Source: a virus
Lineage: Duplodnaviria > Caudoviricetes
DNA length: 64,000 nt
IMG/VR virus record: IMGVR_UViG_3300014204_000014
Span: 1-64,000 of that record
Reading direction: 5' to 3' (one strand)
The notes under the pieces are model-generated. The model was given only the letters and a program-made list of their open reading frames with translations, was not told where the DNA came from and ran no database searches. Shown here in pieces: positions 7,970-17,966 of this stretch; position 1 is the stretch's first letter; each line of letters opens with the position of its first letter. Made by a program: the position numbers and the translations under genes.

Positions 7970-9244
7970 TTAATCTTCCGAATACTTCGGGGGGAGATTG
8001 CTCTTTACTGATTCCTCGATTGCTTCCCATTTGTCTACTACCTTCTTTCTTAGAATATATTTTAGATTATTTTTAGTAACAAAATCTATACAATCTTTCC
8101 TATTCATTGAATCACTAAATTCTGCAATAAAAGCCTTCTTGATAAAATCATCAGAATTATTTTCCAGCCATGCTATAACTTCTGATGCTTTTAATTTTGG
8201 TTTTACTTCCTTACGATATTTTTCTTCAAGATTATGTTCAATTAAAAATGCTTTTAGTCCTTCAAGATTTAAAATCTTATTTGACCATTTTACTTTAGGA
8301 TTTTTTACTAGCTGCCCTCGTGGAGTAAGTAAATCAAAAGCATAGTCAATATTACTTTGTATATTATCAATACCATAATCAAATAAAATCTTTACAAATG
8401 TACTGCGATATGGTCTTGGCGTTTTACTTTTATTATTCTGTGCTTTTACTGTTATTCCTACAGCGCGATCCTTTTTCATTATCTTATTAACATTGGCTAG
8501 CCATAGAACTGTATGAGCATAAAAATCCATTGCCTTGCCACCAGCACGAGAATACTTCTCAAAACTAAATGGATCAAGATTGCATCGCACTTGAGAAATA
8601 ATTATAAGCAAGCCATTTTTCTTTTCGATCAAATCAGCAAGATTAGGGAAAAAAGTATTAGATAAATACTTTGCTTTTCCCATTCTATATGAGCCTTTTT
8701 CTTTCTCCTCTTTTTCTTCAGGTGATTCCTTGCGCTTTTTAAATCTTACAAATTGCTCATCAGCTATTTTCTTTCCTTCCTTATCATTTAGCGCATCTAA
8801 TGAATCTATTACATAAATGCCATATTCATCATCAGTAAGTTTTTCAAAGAAATTCCTAACATTACAATAAGCATCTTCTACTGTTTTTGATTTAGTACGC
8901 TTTTCATCTTTAAATGGCATAATTTCAAATCCATATAATTTCTTAGTATCGAATGAAAATCCTGACTCGCAATCATCATACACCCATTTTAGCTTATTTT
9001 TATATTCAGGATGATAATTAGTAGCAGCAACAATTTCGCAAGCAAGAAAAGTTTTGCCTGAAGATTTATCGCCGACTAAGTTAATTATTTTTCCTATAGG
9101 ATAGCCAAAACCTTCTCCACCACCTACTACAATATCCAGCAGATCGCTTCCTGTGGGAAAATAATGCTTGTTTATAATTACTTTTTTAGGTTTCATTATT
9201 GCCTTGTGTATAGATGCTAGTTTATTTTTGTCCATGCTTTTCAA
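7970..9244 (-). CDS. recA: RecA/UvsX-family recombinase
   Basis: Walker A GDKSSGKT, Walker B YVIDSLDAL, IIISQVR, GGKAMDFYAH, KSKTPRP. Confidence 0.9.
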   Translation of the reverse strand: MKSMDKNKLASIHKAIMKPKKVIINKHYFPTGSDLLDIVVGGGEGFGYPIGKIINLVGDKSSGKTFLACEIVAATNYHPEYKNKLKWVYDDCESGFSFDTKKLYGFEIMPFKDEKRTKSKTVEDAYCNVRNFFEKLTDDEYGIYVIDSLDALNDKEGKKIADEQFVRFKKRKESPEEKEEKEKGSYRMGKAKYLSNTFFPNLADLIEKKNGLLIIISQVRCNLDPFSFEKYSRAGGKAMDFYAHTVLWLANVNKIMKKDRAVGITVKAQNNKSKTPRPYRSTFVKILFDYGIDNIQSNIDYAFDLLTPRGQLVKNPKVKWSNKILNLEGLKAFLIEHNLEEKYRKEVKPKLKASEVIAWLENNSDDFIKKAFIAEFSDSMNRKDCIDFVTKNNLKYILRKKVVDKWEAIEESVKSNLPPKYSED

Positions 9245-9578
9245 CTAATTTTAATATAGCAATAAAAATAGCTAATCCAAGAAAAGCAATAATCAGCATA
9301 ATTAAAAAATACTTTATATTGACTGACATCATATTTTCTCCTTTAATAGTTAGAGCCTTTTCCTAGACTTATTTCTGCATACCATATAATTCCATTGAAC
9401 AGAAATACAAAAATTCCATTTTGGCCTAAGACAATCAAACATATAATTTTTATACAAAAACATAGTTATATAAGGAAGAATATCAATTTGATCCACTATT
9501 TTTCCATATCTAAATTTAAACATTATTTTCTCCTTAATGCCCTAGCTTTTAGGAGTACGCTAGGGAACTCTGAAGCTT

Positions 9579-10655
9579 TTACTTCTTGCCTAGCTTCTTC
9601 TGCTCTTTTAAGCACTTATCCCATTCATCGCAATCATCACAATGCTTTTTAAATTTATTGCAATCCGTTCCAAAAGTATGTTTATGAGGGCACTTTGAAT
9701 CAGCTTCCTTAGATTTTACTGTTGGCTTTTTAGTAGGCTTTGCAGGAGGTTCATCATCATCTTCCTCTTCTTCAGCTTCTTCCTCGTCAGAATCCTCTTC
9801 TACTTCCTCATCATCTTCAGCTTCTTCCTCGTCAGAATCCTCTTCTACTTCCTCATCATCTTCATCGTCTTTCTTTGAAACTTTATTCTTAGGCTTTTCC
9901 TTTGACTCCTCGTCTGAATCTTCATCATTGCCATAAAGGATTTTTTCAATTTCTTCAGCAGAATAAAGTTTCATAAACTCATCAAATGAGCAAGCCTGTT
10001 TAATAAAATCCTTATCTAGTTTTTCCTCACGATCCTCGAATCCAAAATTCTTAAATTCAAAATAAGCATGGCCACCAAATTCAGCATCAGTAGCTCTAAA
10101 CTTTACAATTTTTCCATCATTAATATCAGGGAAGTCTACAATATCACCATTTTCATTTTCTTCCTTTGCCGCTTCAATTAGTTCCTTGCCAAAAAGGTTT
10201 TGTGAAACATCAAGGATTTGAATACCAGCATCAGAATCGTTAGCATCAATTACATTATACAATTCCCTGCGCTGGGCTCGAAGCGCTTCTGATTCTTTTT
10301 GTTTTCCTTGATCCCGATATTCGTCAGCCAAAGTGCAAATAGGACAAGACTTGCCAAAATTCTTTTTAGGACAAATAACAGGAGTCTGTGCAGGGCCGAT
10401 CCTACGATGAATAAAAATATCCAGCCGATAATCTTCCTCGCCTACTTGAGCATCACCACTTTTTACTAGAGGATGATTTTTCGTCTTGATAATATAAGGC
10501 ACAATATTCAAACGGTGCTTACCAGCCTTCATCTTGTAAAACTTCAGATCGCCCGCCTTCTTCCAATCAAATGCCGATTGTCCTGCTCCTCCTCTGTCGC
10601 GGTCAGCATAAGATTTATTTAGACGATCTTTTAGGGAACTATTTTTCTTTGACAT
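9579..10655 (-). CDS. gp32-like single-stranded DNA-binding protein with an acidic linker and a C-terminal Cys/His module
   Basis: HRRIG..VICPKKNFGKSCPIC zinc site; long acidic tract; next to recA and the UvsY-like gene. Confidence 0.7.
   Translation of the reverse strand: MSKKNSSLKDRLNKSYADRDRGGAGQSAFDWKKAGDLKFYKMKAGKHRLNIVPYIIKTKNHPLVKSGDAQVGEEDYRLDIFIHRRIGPAQTPVICPKKNFGKSCPICTLADEYRDQGKQKESEALRAQRRELYNVIDANDSDAGIQILDVSQNLFGKELIEAAKEENENGDIVDFPDINDGKIVKFRATDAEFGGHAYFEFKNFGFEDREEKLDKDFIKQACSFDEFMKLYSAEEIEKILYGNDEDSDEESKEKPKNKVSKKDDEDDEEVEEDSDEEEAEDDEEVEEDSDEEEAEEEEDDDEPPAKPTKKPTVKSKEADSKCPHKHTFGTDCNKFKKHCDDCDEWDKCLKEQKKLGKK
9774..9863. repeat. Perfect 45-bp tandem duplication inside the SSB acidic linker
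   Basis: 9774-9818 equals 9819-9863 (15-aa unit EDDEEVEEDSDEEEA). Confidence 0.9.
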
Positions 10656-11101
10656 CTACTTTCCTTTTGGTGCCTTTTTAATTCCAAAACTATATGCTTT
10701 AATACAGCTCTTCATAAAATCCTGTAGAATTTTATCATTAGGAGAAAAATCCTTTGATGTTTGATCAATAACCTTTTTTAGTGATTCGTAGTATTTAGTT
10801 TTCATTAGTCCTTCCCTTGCTGGAATTTACGATATTTTACTGTAGCTTGATCAAGGGCTTTCAAAACATCTTCAGGTTTTTGGTCATCAGCTACTGTTGC
10901 TACAAACCCTACGTCCTCAGTTTCATAATTGCCAAGATTAAACTTCCTAGTAAAATGCACTTCTGTAATTTTTGGAATCATTTTATAGCGGCTTTATGCC
11001 TCCTCCTTTTTTGACTACTAGAACAATAAAAGCTACTATTAGAATAAAAATAATTGACATAATAATTATTCCAATAGTAGCAGCTATTGAAGATAAAATA
11101 C

Positions 11102-11569
11102 TCATTTCTTTTTATTTATCTTTGAACGAATTTCATCAACTACTTCATCATTTGCGTCTTTACGTTTCCCGCCATTAGGAGCTGAGTAAAAACCTTTGAC
11201 CAAAAGTGTAACAAGATTATCCAGCATACTCTTCCGATGATCTAAAGCAAAAGTTGAAGCATCTAGAATATAAAGATTTTTTTGAATGTCTCGAATGCTG
11301 TCTTTTAGTTTAGTAATTCTAGGATGCGTTTCTAATACATTTTTCAAAGCGTTTTCAGTTTGCTTTCCATAGCTAGGTTCATCCCAATGACCTCTTAAAT
11401 ACTGATCAACTTCAGCGGAAGCCAATTTCAATTTATCATTAGCATCGTCAAGTTCGGCCTTTGTTTCTGCTCTAGCTTTTGAATAATAATGGTAAAGAGA
11501 AACGTGCCGCTCGCATTCTTCTTCTAGCTTAAAACGATTTATTTTTATCTCTTCGCCAAAATCTTTCAT
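11102..11569 (-). CDS. UvsY-like recombination mediator
   Basis: Helical 155-aa protein with ALDHRKSMLDNLV; located by SSB and recA. Confidence 0.5.
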   Translation of the reverse strand: MKDFGEEIKINRFKLEEECERHVSLYHYYSKARAETKAELDDANDKLKLASAEVDQYLRGHWDEPSYGKQTENALKNVLETHPRITKLKDSIRDIQKNLYILDASTFALDHRKSMLDNLVTLLVKGFYSAPNGGKRKDANDEVVDEIRSKINKKK

Positions 11570-12055
11570 TTACTCGTCCTCTTCCTCTTCGTCCTCTTCA
11601 TCATCAGCTTCGTCCTCGTCTACTACATCATCGTCATCATCGACTTCAGGCTCATTATCCGTATGAGTGGGAACTACAATTTCATCATCCTCTTCCTCTT
11701 CATCAATAACTGGCTTTTTTGCCGGAGCCTTTTTCGCGGGAGTTTTCTTAGCAGGAGCTTTTGCAACTGGCTTTGCAGGAGCCTTTTTTGCAGGAGCCTT
11801 TTTTGTCTCTTCCTTTTTTACAGCCTTCTTAGCAGGAGCTTTATTTGCGGGCTTTTCTGAATCTTCCTTAGCAGGGCGACCACGATGCTTCTCAGGCATA
11901 TTCGCAAGAATCTTCATAACAGAATCTGTAATCTTCTTGTTATAATCTGGCTTTTCCCCGCGACCACGCTTCAGCTCAATTCCCTTTTCCTTCAGCACAG
12001 CATTTACAACACCAATCGGCTTGCCACTCTGCTCAGCCATCTCAAGTGAAGTCAT
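11570..12055 (-). CDS. Histone H1-like Lys/Ala/Pro-rich protein with AT-hook-like motifs and an acidic tail
   Basis: KRGRG, HRGRPAK, repeated KKAPAKK, D/E-rich C-terminus. Confidence 0.65.
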   Translation of the reverse strand: MTSLEMAEQSGKPIGVVNAVLKEKGIELKRGRGEKPDYNKKITDSVMKILANMPEKHRGRPAKEDSEKPANKAPAKKAVKKEETKKAPAKKAPAKPVAKAPAKKTPAKKAPAKKPVIDEEEEDDEIVVPTHTDNEPEVDDDDDVVDEDEADDEEDEEEEDE

Positions 12056-12277
12056 ACCTTTTCTCCCTTTAGAAAATTATACTTTACTAATTCATACGAA
12101 TTAGTTTTTCAATAATTGGTTTATCCTACTAAGGATCAATTCTTTTTCTAGTTCTGTTTTCTTATTAGATTCAATATATCTTTTGCACAATTCAAGCACA
12201 TACTTGTATGCATTTACTTCTTCATTCATTTCAAATATGACATCACTACTACCATACATAATTTATCTCCTTTTAAT

Positions 12278-12307
12278 TATATTATATACTTTCAATTCAT
12301 TTATTTT
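12278..12307 (-). promoter_or_regulatory. Class-1 phage promoter motif
   Basis: AAAATAAA-N9-AGTATATAATATA, then an RBS. Confidence 0.65.
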
Positions 12308-13239
12308 CAAGAAATCGTATTAATACAAGCTAAGGTAATTCCAGCTTTTCCTGAATTATAAGTATTCTCACTAAATGCCTCAATAGCAATGGCCGCTCTC
12401 TTTAACATCTTACCAGAAATCAAAACGCTATTCATATACCCAAGTACCATATACCTAATAGTTTCAGGATTATCCATCTTACCATTTTCTTGAAGCTTCT
12501 TTAATATGCTAGCAATATCTCTCCATTGATTTTTATCATTTAATAATGCCCTTGCCAATTCAATTATTTCTATATCCTCATCATTATAATTACCTGATTT
12601 AATTATATCTGATATTTCCTTTTCATTTGAAGCTGAAGAAACTTTTTCTAATAGCACTAAAGCATTCCTAGGTGATCCTTCACAATTATCAGCAATATCT
12701 GATAAAACCTCTTTATCCATATTCAATGCTTCTAATTTATTTACTCTTTTTAGTAAAACAATAATTTCATCAGACTTTAATGAACTAAACTTTATATGAG
12801 TACAACGTGATTGGATTGCCTTAATTATTTTATTTGGCTCGGTGGTACAGATAATAAAATATACGTGATTTGGGCAATCTTCCAAAGGCTTTAAAAGTGC
12901 ATTAGAAAAATCTGCTGTCCAGCGATGTGCCTCATCAAGTATATAAACTATACAATTCCCATTCATAGGAAGCAAACGAATTGATTGAGTAATTTCCCTA
13001 GCAGTATCTATACCTCGACTATTAGCAGAATTTATTTCCCTAATATCCATTTCATCAGCGCCTAATTCTTTAGCGATTATTCTAGCAGTTGTAGTTTTGC
13101 CAGTACCAGGAGGACCAGAGAATAAATAGGTATGAGAATGACTATCCTTTTTTAGCATCCTCTGAAGTGTATTTATTGAGGATTCATTCCCAATCATTTC
13201 ATCAAATGATTGTGGACGATACTTCTGATATAATCCCAT
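12307..13239 (-). CDS. dnaX: Clamp-loader AAA+ ATPase (DNA Pol III gamma/tau-like)
   Basis: LYQKYRPQSFDEMIGN, GPPGTGKTT, LDEAH, LLKPLEDCP, AIQSRC. Confidence 0.9.
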   Translation of the reverse strand: MGLYQKYRPQSFDEMIGNESSINTLQRMLKKDSHSHTYLFSGPPGTGKTTTARIIAKELGADEMDIREINSANSRGIDTAREITQSIRLLPMNGNCIVYILDEAHRWTADFSNALLKPLEDCPNHVYFIICTTEPNKIIKAIQSRCTHIKFSSLKSDEIIVLLKRVNKLEALNMDKEVLSDIADNCEGSPRNALVLLEKVSSASNEKEISDIIKSGNYNDEDIEIIELARALLNDKNQWRDIASILKKLQENGKMDNPETIRYMVLGYMNSVLISGKMLKRAAIAIEAFSENTYNSGKAGITLACINTIS

Positions 13240-13650
13240 TTACCACGACCTATGTTTTTCTTCTACTGTTTCCATTCCATCATATTCTGAAATTGTCCAA
13301 TCTGTTCCATCAGGAATTTCTACAATTTCTAGATCAGCAAAACAATCATTAGCCTCTTTGCCTAATTCCTCAATAACTTTAATTAGATTTTTATCATCTC
13401 TAGAAATATCTCTATAGCTGAAATAGACTGATTCTTCCCCTTTCGGAAATTTTTTTAAATTCGGCTTTGTCAAATATATTGTGAATAAACCACTATCTTC
13501 AAATACTTGCTTGCACGTATTGGATTCAAAACTATTCATATCTTTATTAACATAAGCATAAATCTTCTTTCCAATTAATTCTCCATAACGCATTACTGCT
13601 TTATATGAAAGGCCAAACCCACCAAAGCATCTATTTACTACTATTTTCAT
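13240..13650 (-). CDS. Conserved phage hypothetical protein
   Basis: MKIVVNRCFGGFGLS...EYDGME pattern seen in phage ORFs. Confidence 0.55.
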   Translation of the reverse strand: MKIVVNRCFGGFGLSYKAVMRYGELIGKKIYAYVNKDMNSFESNTCKQVFEDSGLFTIYLTKPNLKKFPKGEESVYFSYRDISRDDKNLIKVIEELGKEANDCFADLEIVEIPDGTDWTISEYDGMETVEEKHRSW

Positions 13651-13665
13651 TTGTATCTCCTTATC

Positions 13666-13695
13666 TATATTATATACTTTACTTTGATTTATTTT
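13666..13695 (-). promoter_or_regulatory. Class-1 phage promoter motif
   Basis: AAAATAAA-N9-AGTATATAATATA, then an RBS. Confidence 0.65.
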
Positions 13696-13845
13696 CGATT
13701 ATTCCTAATAATGTTTCATTTTCTTTAATCAATAATCCTAATAATTCTAATACTATTTTAATATGATTTGCTTCGGCTTTACTTCTCCTAGAGCTTCCAG
13801 CACAAGCTTCTAGCCATTTAATTGATTCTAAATATTGCCCTTGAA

Positions 13846-14235
13846 TTAACATATTTTACCATGCTTATATTCTCTAAATTCATTAAACCACATTTTTAGC
13901 TGGATATGCTTTTCTATATTTATTCCCATAAATCCGCACAAATCTAATAGTCTAATAATACAATCAGCAATCTCATCTTCAAAAGAGTCCTTAATTAAAT
14001 CAGCAAATAAATCAACTTCAGTGGGACCAATAATTTTGTCTAATGCAATATCATTACAGCTATCATCAAAAACTTTCATATTAGCATAATGATTTTTTCT
14101 ATATGCTTCTGCCGCTTCACCTAATTCTGTAGCGATCAGCATTAGCTTTACTAATACATGATTATCTTTTTCATCAGAATAAAATCCATGATTAACTGCA
14201 TTCTTGTGAATCTTGTCTCGTAGTTCATTTAGCAT
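13846..14235 (-). CDS. MazG-like NTP pyrophosphohydrolase
   Basis: ELGEAAEA ... EDEIAD acidic motifs. Confidence 0.8.
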   Translation of the reverse strand: MLNELRDKIHKNAVNHGFYSDEKDNHVLVKLMLIATELGEAAEAYRKNHYANMKVFDDSCNDIALDKIIGPTEVDLFADLIKDSFEDEIADCIIRLLDLCGFMGINIEKHIQLKMWFNEFREYKHGKIC

Positions 14236-14249
14236 TTTGTTTGCTCCTT

Positions 14250-15128
14250 TTATTTATAATCTTTCCATTCTACTGTTTTGAAAATAGCTTTATGATTAAC
14301 CCATCTTGCAAACCTACTTGCTTGTTTATCTATTTTATTATTTTCAAAATCTCTATAAGGCTGAGCAAATGGATCTAATTTTAATTTTTTACAAAACATT
14401 ACTCTTTCATAAGCATCAGGAATATCCTTTACTAAAACATATACAAAATAACTTTGAGGCTTACATCCATATTTTCTTAAAAGACTAGTAGCTTTTTCTA
14501 TTGATTCCATTTGTGATTTTTGATCACAAGCCATTCGTAACGATTTCAACCACTTTACTTTAGAAAGTAATTTTGCAATATCTTTATTTTCTGCAATTAT
14601 TCTAGCATCTAATCCTTGATTAAAGTCAACTTTTATTTTCATATCAATTATTTTTTCTATTTGTTTTAGTCCATAATCAGATGCTAAAACATTATTATCC
14701 ATAAGAACTGCTGATTTTTTATCTCCAATAAATTCACTAATATCTGAAGCTGGTTTTAATTTTCCTTCTTTTATTGGGACTATACACCAAGGACATTTTC
14801 TAATACATCCTCTAGTTAAAAACCCATAGGCGTGCTCACAATTATATAAATTATAATCTGGTAGAATATGCTCTAGTTCATCAGATAAGTTCTCATATAA
14901 TTTATAACCAATTCCTCCTCTTATTATTTTATTTCCATCATAAAAACCTGTTATTTTGTCTGGCGTAAAAGTAAAAACTTTTGACTTATAAATAATATCA
15001 TAATTCCCAAAATTTACAAATGATACTTTATCTCCTTTTTGTTTATGATATGCTGATATTTTCATTAATGCTAAATTAGGATAATTTTTTCCATCAATAT
15101 CAATTAAACCAATATTCATTGAATACAT
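14250..15128 (-). CDS. Radical SAM protein
   Basis: TRGCIRKCPWC (CxxxCxxC), MDNN, DFNQGLDAR. Confidence 0.85.
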   Translation of the reverse strand: MYSMNIGLIDIDGKNYPNLALMKISAYHKQKGDKVSFVNFGNYDIIYKSKVFTFTPDKITGFYDGNKIIRGGIGYKLYENLSDELEHILPDYNLYNCEHAYGFLTRGCIRKCPWCIVPIKEGKLKPASDISEFIGDKKSAVLMDNNVLASDYGLKQIEKIIDMKIKVDFNQGLDARIIAENKDIAKLLSKVKWLKSLRMACDQKSQMESIEKATSLLRKYGCKPQSYFVYVLVKDIPDAYERVMFCKKLKLDPFAQPYRDFENNKIDKQASRFARWVNHKAIFKTVEWKDYK

Positions 15129-15373
15129 GGTTTTTCTGGAATAATAATTCCTTCAGTATCTTCTCTAGGCATCCACCAAGTTACATCATTACTTAAAAAT
15201 CCACTCCTGCCATAAAATATATTTGATGAATATGTCCCATAAGGCATAAGATATAGACAAGAAACATCCTCTTTAAAATAAAATCCATAAAATACTTTAT
15301 TGTGAAAGTAATAATAAACAGGTTCATCATCGTAAGGCTTTTCATCATGGATATTGATCCATTTATTTGCCAT
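15116..15373 (-). CDS. DUF551-like small phage protein
   Basis: KWINIHDEKP ... VTWWMP pattern. Confidence 0.5.
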   Translation of the reverse strand: MANKWINIHDEKPYDDEPVYYYFHNKVFYGFYFKEDVSCLYLMPYGTYSSNIFYGRSGFLSNDVTWWMPREDTEGIIIPEKPCIQ

Positions 15374-17966
15374 TTAATATTCCTATCGTATTCATTTCTG
15401 CCCAAGAGCCATTTATTTCTGATACGCTTTTCTCTATCGCTAAAGGTACGATCAGCCAATCCCAATGCTTTCTAATTTTTTGTGTTCCATAATTCCAAAT
15501 AATATAGTCCAATTCATCTTCCTCTTCGGGTGGAAAATCAGGATAAATGCTATCATGCACTTGTCCATCTATTATAGTTTTCATATTGCGCTTTTCTAAT
15601 TCTTTTTGTACTTGAGTCAATGTCCATAATAAACAATGAAAAGCCGGCCCTTGTACTTGGTAATTTAATATCTGGTTATGACTCATTGGAGCTTGGTATC
15701 TAAATCCATTTAAAGTATCTACATAACCATTTTTTTCATATTCCTTTACGGTTTTTTCTTTCCAATCATACCCTACATGAAATTCGTTCCAAAATTCATT
15801 CTCTACTTTTTGCACATGATTAGTATAATCTTCTACGGTTTTTATTCCTTGCTCTTTTAAATAATTCCTAGTTTCTCTTTCACAATTATTCCATAATTCT
15901 ACAGAAGTCTTTTTATACCACGATCCATAAAAAGTAGGGAATATAAAACTATTTTTTGTTACATAACGGACATTTTTAGATATACCAACGTTTTTCATTA
16001 CTTCACTAACCGGCATTAAATATAGTTTTGAAGCGAATCCTCTATGTGGGTCTTTTCCTGATTCTATGTACTTAATTAAATTCGGGTCTTTATTACAACA
16101 AGCTATTATTTTTACTTCCATCGCACCATAGTCATATTCGCCTAATTTATTTCCTTTTCGTGGTCCTAACAATTTTCTTAATAGTTTTGCTACTTCTTCA
16201 TCATGCTTAGGAATATTTTGAAAATTAGGTGAATCAGAACTAGAACGGAAAGTATCGACCATATTTAAATTGTATAGTGCGCGAATTACTCCTGATATAT
16301 TTTCCTTTTCAAATCCCTTTAAATATGTATTATAAACCTTTTGCCATTTTCGCCATTCTAGACAATCTTTAACTATTGGTAATTTATATTTTCTTAATGC
16401 TTCAATATCCGACTTCGCTCGACCCGTAGCAGTTTTATCCTTTATTGAATACTTCATTATATCAAATAATAAATGTGTAATATCAGCAGGAGCGCTCACT
16501 CTAAATTGCTTTTCTTTATCCCATTTTTTCAATTCAGAATAAGCCAATATTTTCTTCTCAATAGAATTTAATTTTGTAGTTAAATTTGTATCTTCCTTTT
16601 TTGCTAACTTCTCATTAAAAACAATTCCATTTTGTTCTAGCTTAGATAAAGCCATTGATCCTTTAGTAAAAAATCTAACTCCCTTTTGTAATTTAGGTTC
16701 AAGTTTAGCTAACTGATCTTCATATAATTTATATGTTAGTAAAGAATCTAAAGCATTATATTTTAGTATTTTATCTAATGGAGCTTTTTCAATACTGTTA
16801 AAAGCATTAGCTCCATACAATTCTTCTTCCTTTGATGATGGCTCTAAATACTGTTCTATTTCAGAATCATAACCTAAAATACCAAAATGAATATAAGCAT
16901 AAAACTTCAATCCTGTTCTTTTATTATTGTATAATGAATGCCCACCTAGCATTGTATCCCAATATAAATTATTTATTTCCAAGCCCCCAGAATCATCATA
17001 CCCGCCGCGAACTAATCCCCACATATTTTCAAACTTTCCATTATGACATATTTTCTTTATATCAGAATTAAGCAACCTTAACCATTTTTGCCTAAACTTT
17101 TTATCATTAAAGTAAGGGAATGAATAACTGACTAATCCATCTGATATAGATAAACTATATATTTTATGCCCTTCTCGATGTGGCTTTTTTCCTGTAGTCT
17201 CATAATCAAATGCTATTATTTCCTTTGTAGAAAAATCTTCAATTATTTTTATTGCTTCTAAACTATCATAAATAGGTATACAATCAGATAAATAATTTGA
17301 TACATAAAAAGACTTATTAGATATTTCTATGGCGTTTTTTATTGATTGCTTTAATTGGTTTCGTAAAACTACATCTTCACTTTCATAATTTCCTTGGCGT
17401 AAAATATATGAAGGATGCCATGTAGGAATGATAAACTTTTCTAATTCTTGATCAGGAATAATTGTATTAGCCCAATCAGTCATTGAGCATCCAGTTATTC
17501 TACCTTGAAGCCTATGGCCAATTATTCCATCAATAGCAGTTTTTCCTAATGCTAGAATTACTTTGCAATTACTACTTTTTATATCATCTAAAAGATATTT
17601 TCTACAAGCACTTATTTGAATTCCTGTGGGGGTTTTATTATCTGTAGGATGACATCTAACAGCATTTGTTTTAAAAAAATCTTCATCTAAATCATAACTC
17701 AATTCTTTAATAATTTTTCTTAATAATTTTCCTGACTTTCCTACAAATTGAGTATTTTCTTCATCCTCAGTTTCACCTGGAACCTCTCCAATAATCAGTA
17801 TATTTAACTTACCTTCACCTGACATAACCATTTTAGGAGAATTACATTTATTAGATAGTCCACACTTTAAACAATTAAATACAGGGGCTTTTTTTACATG
17901 ATTTTTTATTTGCTCATCACCGCGAGTAATAGAAGTTTCCTCTTGAGAGAAAAAACCTTTATTCAT
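15363..17966 (-). CDS. polA: Family A DNA polymerase with an N-terminal family-4 uracil-DNA glycosylase domain and a 3'-5' exonuclease (SPO1-like architecture)
   Basis: UDG: GEVPG..FVG, NAVRCHP, TWHPSY. Exonuclease: FDYET, YNALDS. Polymerase: PNFQNIP, DYGAME, KNSFIFPTFYG, QVHDS. Confidence 0.92.
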   Translation of the reverse strand: MNKGFFSQEETSITRGDEQIKNHVKKAPVFNCLKCGLSNKCNSPKMVMSGEGKLNILIIGEVPGETEDEENTQFVGKSGKLLRKIIKELSYDLDEDFFKTNAVRCHPTDNKTPTGIQISACRKYLLDDIKSSNCKVILALGKTAIDGIIGHRLQGRITGCSMTDWANTIIPDQELEKFIIPTWHPSYILRQGNYESEDVVLRNQLKQSIKNAIEISNKSFYVSNYLSDCIPIYDSLEAIKIIEDFSTKEIIAFDYETTGKKPHREGHKIYSLSISDGLVSYSFPYFNDKKFRQKWLRLLNSDIKKICHNGKFENMWGLVRGGYDDSGGLEINNLYWDTMLGGHSLYNNKRTGLKFYAYIHFGILGYDSEIEQYLEPSSKEEELYGANAFNSIEKAPLDKILKYNALDSLLTYKLYEDQLAKLEPKLQKGVRFFTKGSMALSKLEQNGIVFNEKLAKKEDTNLTTKLNSIEKKILAYSELKKWDKEKQFRVSAPADITHLLFDIMKYSIKDKTATGRAKSDIEALRKYKLPIVKDCLEWRKWQKVYNTYLKGFEKENISGVIRALYNLNMVDTFRSSSDSPNFQNIPKHDEEVAKLLRKLLGPRKGNKLGEYDYGAMEVKIIACCNKDPNLIKYIESGKDPHRGFASKLYLMPVSEVMKNVGISKNVRYVTKNSFIFPTFYGSWYKKTSVELWNNCERETRNYLKEQGIKTVEDYTNHVQKVENEFWNEFHVGYDWKEKTVKEYEKNGYVDTLNGFRYQAPMSHNQILNYQVQGPAFHCLLWTLTQVQKELEKRNMKTIIDGQVHDSIYPDFPPEEEDELDYIIWNYGTQKIRKHWDWLIVPLAIEKSVSEINGSWAEMNTIGILNGK

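Noticed and set aside
7998-8345. Antisense ORFs inside recA, polA, the C5 MTase, SNF2, rtcB and parB (e.g. 7998, 16832, 18333, 27318, 28772, 39531)
   Set aside because: They have no RBS or motifs and lie opposite strongly conserved genes.
11663-11945. Hydrophobic plus-strand ORFs (11663..11860, 11667..11945)
   Set aside because: They are antisense shadows of the low-complexity Lys/Ala/Pro gene.
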